Under the pieces are notes generated by a model. It searched no databases. It saw only the letters and a program-made list of their open reading frames with translations, and was not told where the DNA came from. Shown one piece after another: positions 1-9,190 of a DNA stretch of 64,000 nt. The stretch spans positions 5,696,001 to 5,760,000 of the forward strand of contig OZ241917.1 in the NCBI GenBank assembly GCA_965203805.1, given 5' to 3'. The position numbers and the translations under genes are program-made. Position 1 is the stretch's first letter. Each line of letters opens with the position of its first letter. The stretch is from Candidatus Latescibacterota bacterium (GTDB taxonomy: Bacteria; Latescibacterota; UBA2968; GCA-2709665).

Positions 1-1
1 C

Positions 2-466
2 GGACCGGAGGGCAGTGAAGTGGGATTCGGAGGCTATCCGTTCGGCGGACCCGAAGGCCGATTCTACATCAATCCGGCGTTCGGCTCGGGCATCTTCGAC
101 CGCAACGCGGACGGCAGCCGCTCCGGCCTGCTGTACAGTCTCAATCTGGGTTACGAAAGGGACGGCTGGCTGGCATTTGAGGGCGGTTATGCCTATCTTT
201 CGGACAGAGAGCTATCGATCTACAGCCTGGGTTCCCGCTTCGACTACAACGCGGACCCCTTTGTCTACTACGTCACCACGCAGGCGGGACTCTACCAGCC
301 TGCCGAAGGCCAGAGCAACTTCGGCCTGGCCCCGGGCGCGGGCATCGACATCATTCTGAGCGACCGGATTCGCATTGGCCTCAACTACAAGCGGGACTTC
401 ATCTTCACAGACGAGAGCACCACAAATATCGACCGCTTGTTCGCCGGGCTGAAGTTCTATTTCTGA
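2..466 (+). CDS. Outer-membrane beta-barrel protein, 5'-truncated by the window edge
   Basis: Frame is open from the window start; alternating beta-strand pattern and terminal aromatic residue (FAGLKFYF), typical of the Bam-insertion signature. Confidence 0.7.
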   Translation, partial: GPEGSEVGFGGYPFGGPEGRFYINPAFGSGIFDRNADGSRSGLLYSLNLGYERDGWLAFEGGYAYLSDRELSIYSLGSRFDYNADPFVYYVTTQAGLYQPAEGQSNFGLAPGAGIDIILSDRIRIGLNYKRDFIFTDESTTNIDRLFAGLKFYF

Positions 467-569
467 GCCATTGCATCGGACGACCGGACGACCCGCGCGG
501 CGAAGCACGACAACGTCGCGCGGGTGCATTCTGTCTACGCCGGCATATCCTGACCGAGAAGGAGGAACC

Positions 570-1187
570 GTGGGTGTATCAACCAGGCCATGGCTGAGGT
601 CCGTCATGCTGATGGGAAGCGCGATTCTGATGTTCGGATGCAAATTTGACTTTGGATCTCTGGTTGTAAGGTCGCTGCGTCCATTGTATACCGACGAGAC
701 CGTACATCATGACGTGCGTCTCATCGGACGATGGAAAGAGGAAGGCTCGGATGAGATCTGGGAATTCTCAAGACCCGAAGGGGAACAGGGGTACACCTGC
801 GTTGTCCTCCATGGTGACGGCAAGAGGACTATATTGGAAGCCCATCTCGTGAGGATCAAGGGGAATGTGTTTCTGGATTTATTCCTCTCCGAGCCGGACT
901 CGTCGCAGAGTTTATTCACCCTGATGCATCTTCTACCGGTCCATACGTTCGCATCTGTCGCCAGAATCGATTCGACACTGGATTTGAAGCTTCCGGATCC
1001 GGACTGGTTGGGAAAGGTGTTGAAGAAAGAGCCCGATACAATTCGACATGAATTACTTGAAGGCAGCGATTACATCCTGAGCGCTTCGACCGAAGCGTTG
1101 CAGCAATTCTGGCTTGAGCACCTGGATACCGAAGACGCCTACATGGAACCGATTCAACTTCAGCGGATTGCAGAGCATTCACCCTGA
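570..1187 (+). CDS. Putative lipoprotein of unknown function
   Basis: GTG at 570 preceded by AGGAGG; signal peptide ending in a lipobox-like ILMFG-C. Confidence 0.7.
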   Translation: MGVSTRPWLRSVMLMGSAILMFGCKFDFGSLVVRSLRPLYTDETVHHDVRLIGRWKEEGSDEIWEFSRPEGEQGYTCVVLHGDGKRTILEAHLVRIKGNVFLDLFLSEPDSSQSLFTLMHLLPVHTFASVARIDSTLDLKLPDPDWLGKVLKKEPDTIRHELLEGSDYILSASTEALQQFWLEHLDTEDAYMEPIQLQRIAEHSP

Positions 1188-1310
1188 GGGCGTGCTGGCG
1201 GCCGCATTTCTTCCGCCGTCCCTGCTATAGAAGCGAGGAGCGCGAGCGCGGCTTCACGGCCGTGAACCGACACCTTCAGGTTGATGCAAAACCAAAAGGA
1301 TCATTAAAAG

Positions 1311-1341
1311 CGGGCTGCCCGATTTCATACTCGGCAGCCCG
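1311..1341. terminator. GC-rich hairpin, probable intrinsic terminator
   Basis: CGGGCTGCC(C)GA-tttcatac-TCGGCAGCCCG, preceded by AAAAG; only a short T tail on the + strand. Confidence 0.45.
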
Positions 1342-1452
1342 TCTTGCGTGCGGCGTTTCCGTTGCTACGCGTCTGGCGTTTTGTTAACTTTGGACGACCG
1401 CGGAACAGTGCGGGGGAGTAACCGACACGTTCGACTGTTGAGGCCCCGATCC

Positions 1453-2685
1453 ATGACTATTCGAGACCCGATCCACGGCGATATTCGCTTCAATGACGTG
1501 GAACGCCGCCTGATGGATACCCCTCAGTTCCAGCGCTTGCGGGGGGTCCGGCAGACCGGGACGGCCTATCTCGTGTATCCGGGCTGCACGCATACCCGGT
1601 TCGAGCACTCGCTGGGAACGGCGGCGATGGCCAGGCGCATCATCGGTGTTCTCAGAGAATCCGGTGTCGGGGTGAGCCCGGAGGAGGAGACCACGGTCGT
1701 TCTGGCTGCCCTTGTCCACGACGTGGGTCATTTCCCGTTCGGCCATACGTTCGAAGACGAGCGCAAGCTGTTTCCCCGCCACGATACCGCGGAACGGATG
1801 CGACACGCGCTTTCCCGGGACGAACTGGCCGGCGCTCTCGATGCGTCCGGGCAGCGAGAACAGGTGGTCGCGCTCCTGACCGAGCGCGGTTTCGATCCGC
1901 CCTGGATGCGTCAGATCGTGACCAGCACCGTCGATGCCGACCTGCTCGATTACCTTCGCCGCGACGCGTATTTCGCCGGACTGAAACACGACTACGACGA
2001 CCGCATCCTGAGTACCTTCACGGTTGCGGACGGAAAACTGGCCATAAACCTGGAGAGGCTCAGCACGCGGACGGAACTGCTCCATCTTCTTCGCCTGCGC
2101 TATTTTCTCACCGAACGCGTCTATTTTCACCACGCGAAAGTCGCTTCCGGGGCCATGATCGCAAAGGCCATGGAACTGGCGGTCCAGCAGGGACTGCGGC
2201 AGGAGGATATCTACCATCTCACGGATGGCGCGCTTCTGCGGTCGCTCACCGCAAGAAAGGACGAGCGCATCGATCGCCTCGTCCGGGGTGTGGTCTACCG
2301 CAATCTGCTGAAGCGCGCGTATGTGTTGTCCACCGGCGAAATCGGAAGGCGCGCACGCGACGAACTGATTGCCACGTACACGCGGTCCGTCGAATCGAGG
2401 CAGCGCGTGGAACGCGAGATCGCCGACGCGATCGTGGTCGAACCCGATCAGGTTATCCTGTACTGCCCGGATATTTCCTCAATCAAGGAGGCGAGGGTCT
2501 TCACGAAGACCAAAACCGGCGTTCGCCGCCTGAACGAACCCCTCGACAGCCCGCCGTTCGACGTGAAGGCGGTGGAGGACCAGTACGAACGCCTCTGGAA
2601 GCTGTACGTCTTTGTCCCGGACGGCTATCAGGACCGCGCCGGCAAGGTCTGTGAACGCCTGTTCGGGGAGAAGAACGCGGTTTGA
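1453..2685 (+). CDS. HD-domain phosphohydrolase (SAMHD1/dNTP triphosphohydrolase-like)
   Basis: Motifs IRDPIHG, FQRLRGVRQ, HTRFEHSLG, HDVGHFPFGH, DADLLDYLRRD, VYFHH; ATG 1453 chosen because the family motif starts there. Confidence 0.9.
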   Translation: MTIRDPIHGDIRFNDVERRLMDTPQFQRLRGVRQTGTAYLVYPGCTHTRFEHSLGTAAMARRIIGVLRESGVGVSPEEETTVVLAALVHDVGHFPFGHTFEDERKLFPRHDTAERMRHALSRDELAGALDASGQREQVVALLTERGFDPPWMRQIVTSTVDADLLDYLRRDAYFAGLKHDYDDRILSTFTVADGKLAINLERLSTRTELLHLLRLRYFLTERVYFHHAKVASGAMIAKAMELAVQQGLRQEDIYHLTDGALLRSLTARKDERIDRLVRGVVYRNLLKRAYVLSTGEIGRRARDELIATYTRSVESRQRVEREIADAIVVEPDQVILYCPDISSIKEARVFTKTKTGVRRLNEPLDSPPFDVKAVEDQYERLWKLYVFVPDGYQDRAGKVCERLFGEKNAV

Positions 2686-2706
2686 CCGTCCGTCGAACGA
2701 TGCGCG

Positions 2707-3249
2707 TCAAGCGCGATCCCGTCGCTGACCGGGATGTCTCACCGCGTGGAAGAGAGGAAGCTCGTTTCTGAGCTTTGCCTCGAGGCGTTTGTGGCACGAC
2801 GCGCAGACCGAGACCAGATTGTCCAGCCGGTTGGCCGCGACCGTCGACGCGAACAGACGGACGGGCGTCGCGTGGTGGACGTCCAGCTGCCGGCCCAGCG
2901 ACGCTTCGGTAACCCCGCAATTCCTGCAGCGGAAGCCGTCCCGTTCTCTCGCCCGCGCCGCCTGCACTTTCCAGTTTCCGCCCCGGTATTCCGGGCGTCC
3001 CCTCAAGACCATGCGTTTCCCGTCGTCAGGAAGTACCGATGTCCACGCGTCCATGCAGGCTTTGCCGCAGAAGTGGAGACGGAACTTCCGCGCGGCAATC
3101 CAGTTCGGGACAGGATTCGGCTTCCCGCAGTGTTCGCACCGGACGGTCTCCGCCTGTCCACGGGGTGCCCGCGTCGAGTTCGCAAAACGCAGCTGCAGCT
3201 GATCCGAAAAAACCGGACCGCCGCTTCCCGCGCGTGAATTCCGGGACAT
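2707..3249 (-). CDS. HNH endonuclease with N-terminal Zn-binding motif
   Basis: CEHC...FCGKAC, then RARERDGFRCRNCG...LDVHH...NRLDNLVSVCASCH. Confidence 0.85.
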   Translation of the reverse strand: MSRNSRAGSGGPVFSDQLQLRFANSTRAPRGQAETVRCEHCGKPNPVPNWIAARKFRLHFCGKACMDAWTSVLPDDGKRMVLRGRPEYRGGNWKVQAARARERDGFRCRNCGVTEASLGRQLDVHHATPVRLFASTVAANRLDNLVSVCASCHKRLEAKLRNELPLFHAVRHPGQRRDRA

Positions 3250-3325
3250 AGTCGGTAGCAGGTCTGTCGAAGCGTGGCCATTGTGCCTGTCTAAGGGTGT
3301 CAGCCGGGCGATTGGCCCGCCTGAA

Positions 3326-3372
3326 TATTCCTATAACACAATGATTATAAGCGTGTTATGGGAATAAGTCAA
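3326..3372 (-). promoter_or_regulatory. sigma70 promoter of the HNH gene overlapped by a 14-bp inverted repeat (operator)
   Basis: Minus strand TTGACT(3372-3367)-17 bp-TATAAT(3349-3344); arms TATTCCTATAACAC (3326-3339) and GTGTTATGGGAATA (3353-3366), 13/14 complementary. Confidence 0.75.
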
Positions 3373-3471
3373 ATCTCGCCCGGTTTCAGGAGCGACGGTC
3401 GTCGCCGATTTTGAAGATTTTCCGACACGACGCGCAGTCGTCGGACCGGATCTGCAGACAGGGGACATCTC

Positions 3472-4659
3472 ATGACCGCACCGGACATCTATGCGGAAAC
3501 CCGAATCTCCATGCTCACGCCGGACCTCAGGCAGAGAGTTCGGGACAATCTGGTCACGTCGCAGTTCAGGAAAGCGGGTTGCACCCGACCCGACGGAGAA
3601 GAATGGCCGGCCTGGTTCGACCAGGCGCCGGTCCGGAGATCGCGGGTGGCAACGGGTACGACGGCGTTCGGCACCTACAATCATCAGGCGGGGATCTGCA
3701 GATGGCGGGGGGCCTACTGGTACGTGTTCTCGAACGGCGCTGTCGACGAAGAGGCGCCCGGCCAGCAGACGCTGATTGCACGCAGTGAGGATCTGTCCGG
3801 CTGGTCGCGGCCGGCCGGTGTGGCGCCGGGCGACGTCTCCGGCAGAATGTGGCGCAATACCGGCGGAATTATGGGCTACGGAGACCGTCTCATCGCGTTC
3901 GTGCAGACGAAAACGGGGGGCGGGGCGGCCCGCAGGCCGGGCATGAGCGCCGGCGATGAGACAAAAATCACCTGTAGCGTCGGTCTCTGCATCTCCACGG
4001 ACGGCCAGCGCTGGACGGAGCGGTTTGTCGCCGAAGACTGTTACTGGTTCGAAGCGCCTCGATTGACGCGGGAAGGCAGGCTGCTGTGCGCGGGGTCTCG
4101 GCGGGGAATTCCAATTGTCTTTTTGTGGCCCGGTGAATGTCCGCTGGAGCAGCCGGAGATTGTCGAGATTCCCCACGACGGATCTCGAGGGATGGATTCC
4201 GGGAGGTTTCCGTACGGCGAAGCGTCGTGGTATCAGACGGACGATGGCACGATATTCCTGTTTCACCGGAACGAGACGGACGAAATGCGGCTGCGCGTGG
4301 CCCTGAGCAAGGACGGCGGCAGGAGTTGGACCCCGCCCATGCTCTCGAACATTCCCGACTCGAAATCGCGCGTCAGCGCCGGGCGCCTGGCGGACGGGCG
4401 TTACTTTCTCATCAACAACGCCATCGCCGACCTGCTGAACCGGGTGCCGCTGATGATTTCCATTTCGACCGACGGTGTGAAATTCGAGCGGCAGTTTTTT
4501 CTGATTAACGAACCCACCGCCATTGCGTTTCCCGGCGCCCTCAAGGCGCACGGACACCAGTATCCATGCGCCTTGGTCGAGGAGGAGAGGCTGATCGTCG
4601 CCTATTCGGTCAACAAGGAGCATATGGAACTCCTCACGGTGGATCCGCGAGACCTGTAA
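3472..4659 (+). CDS. Exo-alpha-sialidase/BNR-repeat beta-propeller protein
   Basis: Asp-box motifs STDGQRW, SKDGGRSW, STDGVKF; C-terminal QYP...YSVNKE. Confidence 0.8.
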   Translation: MTAPDIYAETRISMLTPDLRQRVRDNLVTSQFRKAGCTRPDGEEWPAWFDQAPVRRSRVATGTTAFGTYNHQAGICRWRGAYWYVFSNGAVDEEAPGQQTLIARSEDLSGWSRPAGVAPGDVSGRMWRNTGGIMGYGDRLIAFVQTKTGGGAARRPGMSAGDETKITCSVGLCISTDGQRWTERFVAEDCYWFEAPRLTREGRLLCAGSRRGIPIVFLWPGECPLEQPEIVEIPHDGSRGMDSGRFPYGEASWYQTDDGTIFLFHRNETDEMRLRVALSKDGGRSWTPPMLSNIPDSKSRVSAGRLADGRYFLINNAIADLLNRVPLMISISTDGVKFERQFFLINEPTAIAFPGALKAHGHQYPCALVEEERLIVAYSVNKEHMELLTVDPRDL

Positions 4660-4673
4660 GGCGGCCCTATCGG

Positions 4674-5315
4674 TCAATCGGACAGCCGAAACCGGATGGG
4701 CATCGTCATCTTTACCGCGACGGGCCGGTCGTTCTGTACCGCCGGTTCGAATACGAACTGCGAAACGGCCTCGACCGCCGCTCTTCTGAAGATATCCGGA
4801 CCCCGCAGCACCCGCACGTCTCTGACGCTTCCGTCGGCGGCTACCGTGAACGCGACGAATACGTCTCCTTCCAGGCCTGCTCTCATCGCAACCTCCGGGT
4901 AAACCGGCGTCATGCTGCGTGTCAGCACGGGTCTCCGCTCAACATGCCAGAATTCCAGCACTTCCTCCTCAGCTGGCGCGGTCTCGCTTCGCACCGGCGG
5001 GGACAGGTCCACGGGCGCCCGGTCGAGAATCAGTTCCGTCGGCTCGATCGTTACATCCTCGGGCACTTCGTCGCTATCCGCTTCTACCGGTACGGCGGGC
5101 CGCTCCGGCTGTGGCAGGTGTGGCTGTGTGGTTGGGGGAGGCAACACGCAGATCACCGGATCGTGCGTATGGACCCGAGCCGCCGTGTCTATCTCGAACG
5201 AGGGAAACATCACGGCGAGCGCGAGTAGAGACAACGCGGAAATTGCCACACTCCGCGTCATCACCTTCGGGTACGCCAGCTTCAGGTTCACATCGGGATT
5301 CTTGTAGCGTATCAT
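4674..5315 (-). CDS. tonB: Energy transducer TonB family protein
   Basis: N-terminal TM helix, Pro-rich linker, C-terminal YPEVAMRAGLEGDVFVAFTV...FEPA; ATG 5315 with AGGAGG. Confidence 0.85.
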   Translation of the reverse strand: MIRYKNPDVNLKLAYPKVMTRSVAISALSLLALAVMFPSFEIDTAARVHTHDPVICVLPPPTTQPHLPQPERPAVPVEADSDEVPEDVTIEPTELILDRAPVDLSPPVRSETAPAEEEVLEFWHVERRPVLTRSMTPVYPEVAMRAGLEGDVFVAFTVAADGSVRDVRVLRGPDIFRRAAVEAVSQFVFEPAVQNDRPVAVKMTMPIRFRLSD

Positions 5316-5354
5316 CGTCAGCCTCCTTTCGGGTGGGTGGTCGTTTCCGATCAC

Positions 5355-5951
5355 CTATGATCTGCTTGTCGGCTCTGCACGCATGTCCAACAGACGCCTC
5401 AACTTCTCGTACCAGAGCGTCAGTTTGAGGGACAAATGGGACCCTCCAACCATCCGGTCTCTCAATACGCCGAACTTATCCACAAGAAATGTCGTCGGAA
5501 TGGCATCGACGCCGTACTGACTCCTGACCTTGCCGTCCGCATCGATCAGGGTAACGAACGCGTAGTCTCTCTCCTTCACGAACCGGCTCGCGATGTTGGC
5601 GGATTCGACGTTTACGGCCAGGACCACGAGGTCGAGACCTCTCTCCGTCAGATGCGTCTGATTCAGGTTAGGCAGTGAGTCCACACACAGACCGCACCAG
5701 GTCGCCCAAAAGTCGATCAGAGTCGTCCTGCCAATGAAATCACTGAGCCGTACGGAATCACCTTCTGTGTCACGGAGGACAAAATCAGGAGCCCTTTCGT
5801 CCAATGTGGCAGTTGGCTCTCCGTCCGCGCCCACGGACACGGGGATTGTTCACGGAAAGGTCGAATAGATATAGAACATATGGCCGAAGACCAGAAACGT
5901 GGCAACGGCACAAATGCGCTTCAGTGGGAATGTATTTTCTCGTCTCATCAT
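5355..5951 (-). CDS. TlpA/ResA-type thiol-disulfide oxidoreductase; in-frame TGA at 5852-5850 separates the N-terminal anchor from the Trx domain (Sec readthrough or nonsense mutation)
   Basis: APDF...FWATWCGLC...YGVDAIPTTFLVD; the same frame upstream reads MMRRENTFPLKRICAVATFLVFGHMFYIYSTFP*TIPVSVG. Confidence 0.75.
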
Positions 5952-6228
5952 ATTTCACGACCGCGCAGTCAACAATGTATCCGCGAAGAATTGCGGCGAA
6001 TCACTGCTGTTGGTATCGTCGATGGATTTCTATCAATGGGTCGAAGTTGGCCTTGGTCAGACTGGGCGAATATCCTTTCGACGTGCCGCAAACTGACAGT
6101 TTGCGCTACGTCGCAGAGCACAGGCTTCGTGCCCGCGTCGGGAGAATTCAACCGCGCGTCGAACTAATTCTTTAATATTTAAGAAGAAAAACGATAGATT
6201 CCGCGTTGCCCCCAGGTTTCGCAAACGA

Positions 6229-8376
6229 TCACCGGCGTTCGGCCGCGGCGAGCCGGTCTTCGTGGAACGGCCCCATCTCGAACGTCCTCGCGACAACGTC
6301 CAGCTGGCGCAGATAGGGTTCCTTTCTTCGATTCGGGCCGTAGACCCCGATATCCAGAAAGTAGAGCCTGTCGGTCTCCTCGTCTACCAGAACGTAGCTT
6401 CTGAAGGGTCCGCCCTTCCAGTCACGGTTGTTCTGCCAAACGCCTTCCAGGTACACCGCCAGGCGGCTCCCCAACTCCCGCTGACTCACCTTCAGGCCTG
6501 ACCGGTCGACGACGTCGTTCTCGAAGAAGCGGGCGGCGATCTCATTCCGCTTCCGGATGCACCACGCCTCCGTCAGCCGGTCCGGAGGCACCCCTTCCTC
6601 GTGGTAGACAAACAACCACTGTGTCACGCGTGCGTGGGTTCGGGTGAACACGACAAACCCGCTGTCGGCATGGTTATCGATCAGATTGAATCCGAAGGGT
6701 ATTCGCAACCGCCATCCGAACCGGCCCGCCAGCTCCGATGCCAGCGACTCTCTCTCTCCAAAACGGAAGAGGTTCTCTGCGACCCGTTCATCGCGCTTCC
6801 CGTCGATTGCGCTGTAAATCCGATCGGCCTCCGTCATGATATTGGCTCTCAGTGCATTGCGGTCCTCACCCGTAACCAGAACCACGACCTGGTCGTCAGC
6901 CCAGACGTCCCGCCGGATGACGAAAGGAGCTGCTCCGTTCCGCATGGCATCTCTGTGCGCCTGAGGCACGAGGGAGCGCACCAGCCCGGCCGCTTCGTGG
7001 ACACCGTCCAGCGGCGCCGCGATCACGATATTCTTGCGTCGCAGTTTTCTGAATTCTTCGGGACGAACGAACAGGACATGATAGAGACGCTCCTTTCTTG
7101 GCGTCAGGATTACCCTCTCCATAACCGCCAGGAAAGGTTTCTGAAACGTCCGGGCGTCCATGGAATCCGCAATGACCGTGACCAGATCGACCCGTCCGGA
7201 ACCGGGAGGCAGTCTATCCAGCCGCAGATGCGCAAGCAGCCGGTCCTTGAACGCCGCCAGCTTCACGAACGCTTCGGAACGGCCCGGAACCTCGACCACG
7301 GGGCCCACGCGTCCGCACTGCGCCAGCACCGCCAGAATCAAGCCCGAAGCCAGCAACAGACCTGAGCGGGATAGGCGATGTTCGGCGCCGCGTCTGCCGT
7401 TCAGCAACCGTGAGACCCGACGAACGACCTGCTTCCGGTCTCCTCCTGCGCCGAAGCCCATCGTCGAACCGACCGGCGACGCCATCATCTCTGTCAGGCG
7501 CGTCAGGCAGGCCGCATAACTTCTGGCTCCTCCTGTAATGCCCACCACCACGTCGTCACAAGCGACCTCCCGATCCAGGTCCATCTGTCGAGCAATCCAC
7601 CATACGGCCGGATGGAAGAACAGAACGCACCCCGCCACCGCCTGAAAGAGTCTGGTCCAGTCGTCAAGACGGTGCAGGTGCGCCAGTTCATGCAGGACCA
7701 CCTGATCGAATTCCGCCTCCGTCAGGCGCTCCAGCGTGGACTCGGGGATCAGAATCACGGGCCTGAAGAGACCCGTCGCCGCGGGAGACTGCACGTGTGC
7801 CGAACTGCACAGGCGCACCCATCGCCGGGACTCGCAGGAGCGGATCAGACGGCGCAGCCTGTCCTGATATCGGGCGGGAAGGGGCTCTGCGCTCCGCTTG
7901 AGGCGCCGGAGGAGACGGAACCCCCGAAAGAGTCTGGCCGAGAATGCCAACGCGACCAGCATCCAGACCGCGAAGACGACCGGTGGCCACCACGCGGGAG
8001 GTTCCGGCGCAAACGCCAGCCCCGAGCGATCCGTGTGGGTCGGTCGATCAGCGCCTGGCGACGATTCAGAGGCGGCCGCATCGATCGGCCTGCGCGAACC
8101 GGGTTTTCCGTGAACGTCCGTTTCCGCAGCCTTAAACCACATCCGTGCGGCGGCCGCACGATCGGGCGGGCTCCAGATTCCGGACCAGGACAGTGCGAAC
8201 ACCACAGCCAGCGCGGCCGTGCAGATCACGTACCGGGTCCGGGCGTTGAGCCACCGGGCCAGGTTCAGCAGGCACGCGACCGCAAGCGTGATGACCAGGC
8301 CCTTCCAGAGACCATCAAGCATGGAGGACACCGTCACACGGGAAACGGCGTCGAAAATCTCATAGGCCGCCGACAT
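6229..8376 (-). CDS. BlaR1/MecR1-type M56 metallopeptidase fused to a DUF4837-like C-terminal domain
   Basis: TM helices, SPAATGLFRPVILIP, HELAH Zn motif, FFHPAVWW, REVACDD; the C-terminal GGPFRSY...GVYGPNRRKEPYLRQL resembles DUF4837 (from memory). Confidence 0.8.
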   Translation of the reverse strand: MSAAYEIFDAVSRVTVSSMLDGLWKGLVITLAVACLLNLARWLNARTRYVICTAALAVVFALSWSGIWSPPDRAAAARMWFKAAETDVHGKPGSRRPIDAAASESSPGADRPTHTDRSGLAFAPEPPAWWPPVVFAVWMLVALAFSARLFRGFRLLRRLKRSAEPLPARYQDRLRRLIRSCESRRWVRLCSSAHVQSPAATGLFRPVILIPESTLERLTEAEFDQVVLHELAHLHRLDDWTRLFQAVAGCVLFFHPAVWWIARQMDLDREVACDDVVVGITGGARSYAACLTRLTEMMASPVGSTMGFGAGGDRKQVVRRVSRLLNGRRGAEHRLSRSGLLLASGLILAVLAQCGRVGPVVEVPGRSEAFVKLAAFKDRLLAHLRLDRLPPGSGRVDLVTVIADSMDARTFQKPFLAVMERVILTPRKERLYHVLFVRPEEFRKLRRKNIVIAAPLDGVHEAAGLVRSLVPQAHRDAMRNGAAPFVIRRDVWADDQVVVLVTGEDRNALRANIMTEADRIYSAIDGKRDERVAENLFRFGERESLASELAGRFGWRLRIPFGFNLIDNHADSGFVVFTRTHARVTQWLFVYHEEGVPPDRLTEAWCIRKRNEIAARFFENDVVDRSGLKVSQRELGSRLAVYLEGVWQNNRDWKGGPFRSYVLVDEETDRLYFLDIGVYGPNRRKEPYLRQLDVVARTFEMGPFHEDRLAAAERR

Positions 8377-8386
8377 AGACAGTTTC

Positions 8387-8764
8387 CTAACTGCTTTCGT
8401 CCACCATTCGTTTCAGACGATCGAGAACGTCCCCGTCGACCGCTTCGTTCTCGACGATGTTCAGCATCAGCGCTTCGGGCGAATTGTTGAAAAACCGGCT
8501 CATCATGTACCGGACCACGCTTCTTCTGGCTTCCTCGCGGCCGACTACGGGCTGGTAGACGTAGGCCCTGCCTTCCTTTTCGTGGGACACGTAACCCTTC
8601 CGTTCGAGAATCCTGAGCGTTGTCAGCACCGTGCTGTAAGCGAGCGGCGCTGTGCCGGGCAACGCCGCGACAACGTCGCTGACGGTTGCCGTTTCCTTCT
8701 TCCACAGCACGTCCATCAGCCTGAGTTCGGCTTCGGTAAGCGTGGGTGACTTCGGCCTTGCCAT
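8387..8764 (-). CDS. BlaI/MecI/CopY family repressor
   Basis: LTEAELRLMDVLW...AYSTVLTTLRILERKGYV...GRAYVY; directly upstream of the M56 gene. Confidence 0.92.
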   Translation of the reverse strand: MARPKSPTLTEAELRLMDVLWKKETATVSDVVAALPGTAPLAYSTVLTTLRILERKGYVSHEKEGRAYVYQPVVGREEARRSVVRYMMSRFFNNSPEALMLNIVENEAVDGDVLDRLKRMVDESS

Positions 8765-8947
8765 GCGCTGTGCTCCTGTAAATAACCATGCGAATTGGAC
8801 GAGTACTTGTCGCGCCCTTCGCCGGACTCGCCGTCGGGGGACGATGTTCGGACAGTTACAGCCTGAATGCGGGAATCCATGACCGGAACGACTCAGCAGC
8901 GCGTGGGATGGACCGGCCGGCGATTGCGTGCGATTAATTCCTTAATA

Positions 8948-8978
8948 TGAAATATATCCAATTTCACTCGTTTGTCAA
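8948..8978 (-). promoter_or_regulatory. Candidate blaI-operon promoter with TGAAAT-N7-ATTTCA inverted repeat
   Basis: Minus strand TTGACA(8978-8973)-16 bp-TATATT(8956-8951) in an AT-rich patch; palindrome at 8948-8966. Confidence 0.5.
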
Positions 8979-9102
8979 TTAAAAAATTAATAATTCGTCC
9001 GGGGAACGGCCCGGCCGTGATGTTCCGATCAACGGCAGTCACACCGGTGGCGTCCATGTAGTCTTGCCGGCCGAGGAAATCTCAAAATACCGTGCAATTT
9101 TC

Positions 9103-9162
9103 TTGACAATTGCCCTGAAGATGGATAAATTAAAACGTTCGTTTGAATCATACGTTTGATTA
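9103..9162 (+). promoter_or_regulatory. sigma70 promoter plus PsrA-like TetR operator(s)
   Basis: TTGACA(9103)-17 bp-TAAATT(9126); TTAAAACGTTCGTTTGAA (9130-9147) followed by a degenerate second site TCATACGTTTGATT. Confidence 0.7.
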
Positions 9163-9190
9163 AATTTCTCCATTAAATCCCCGAATCAGC

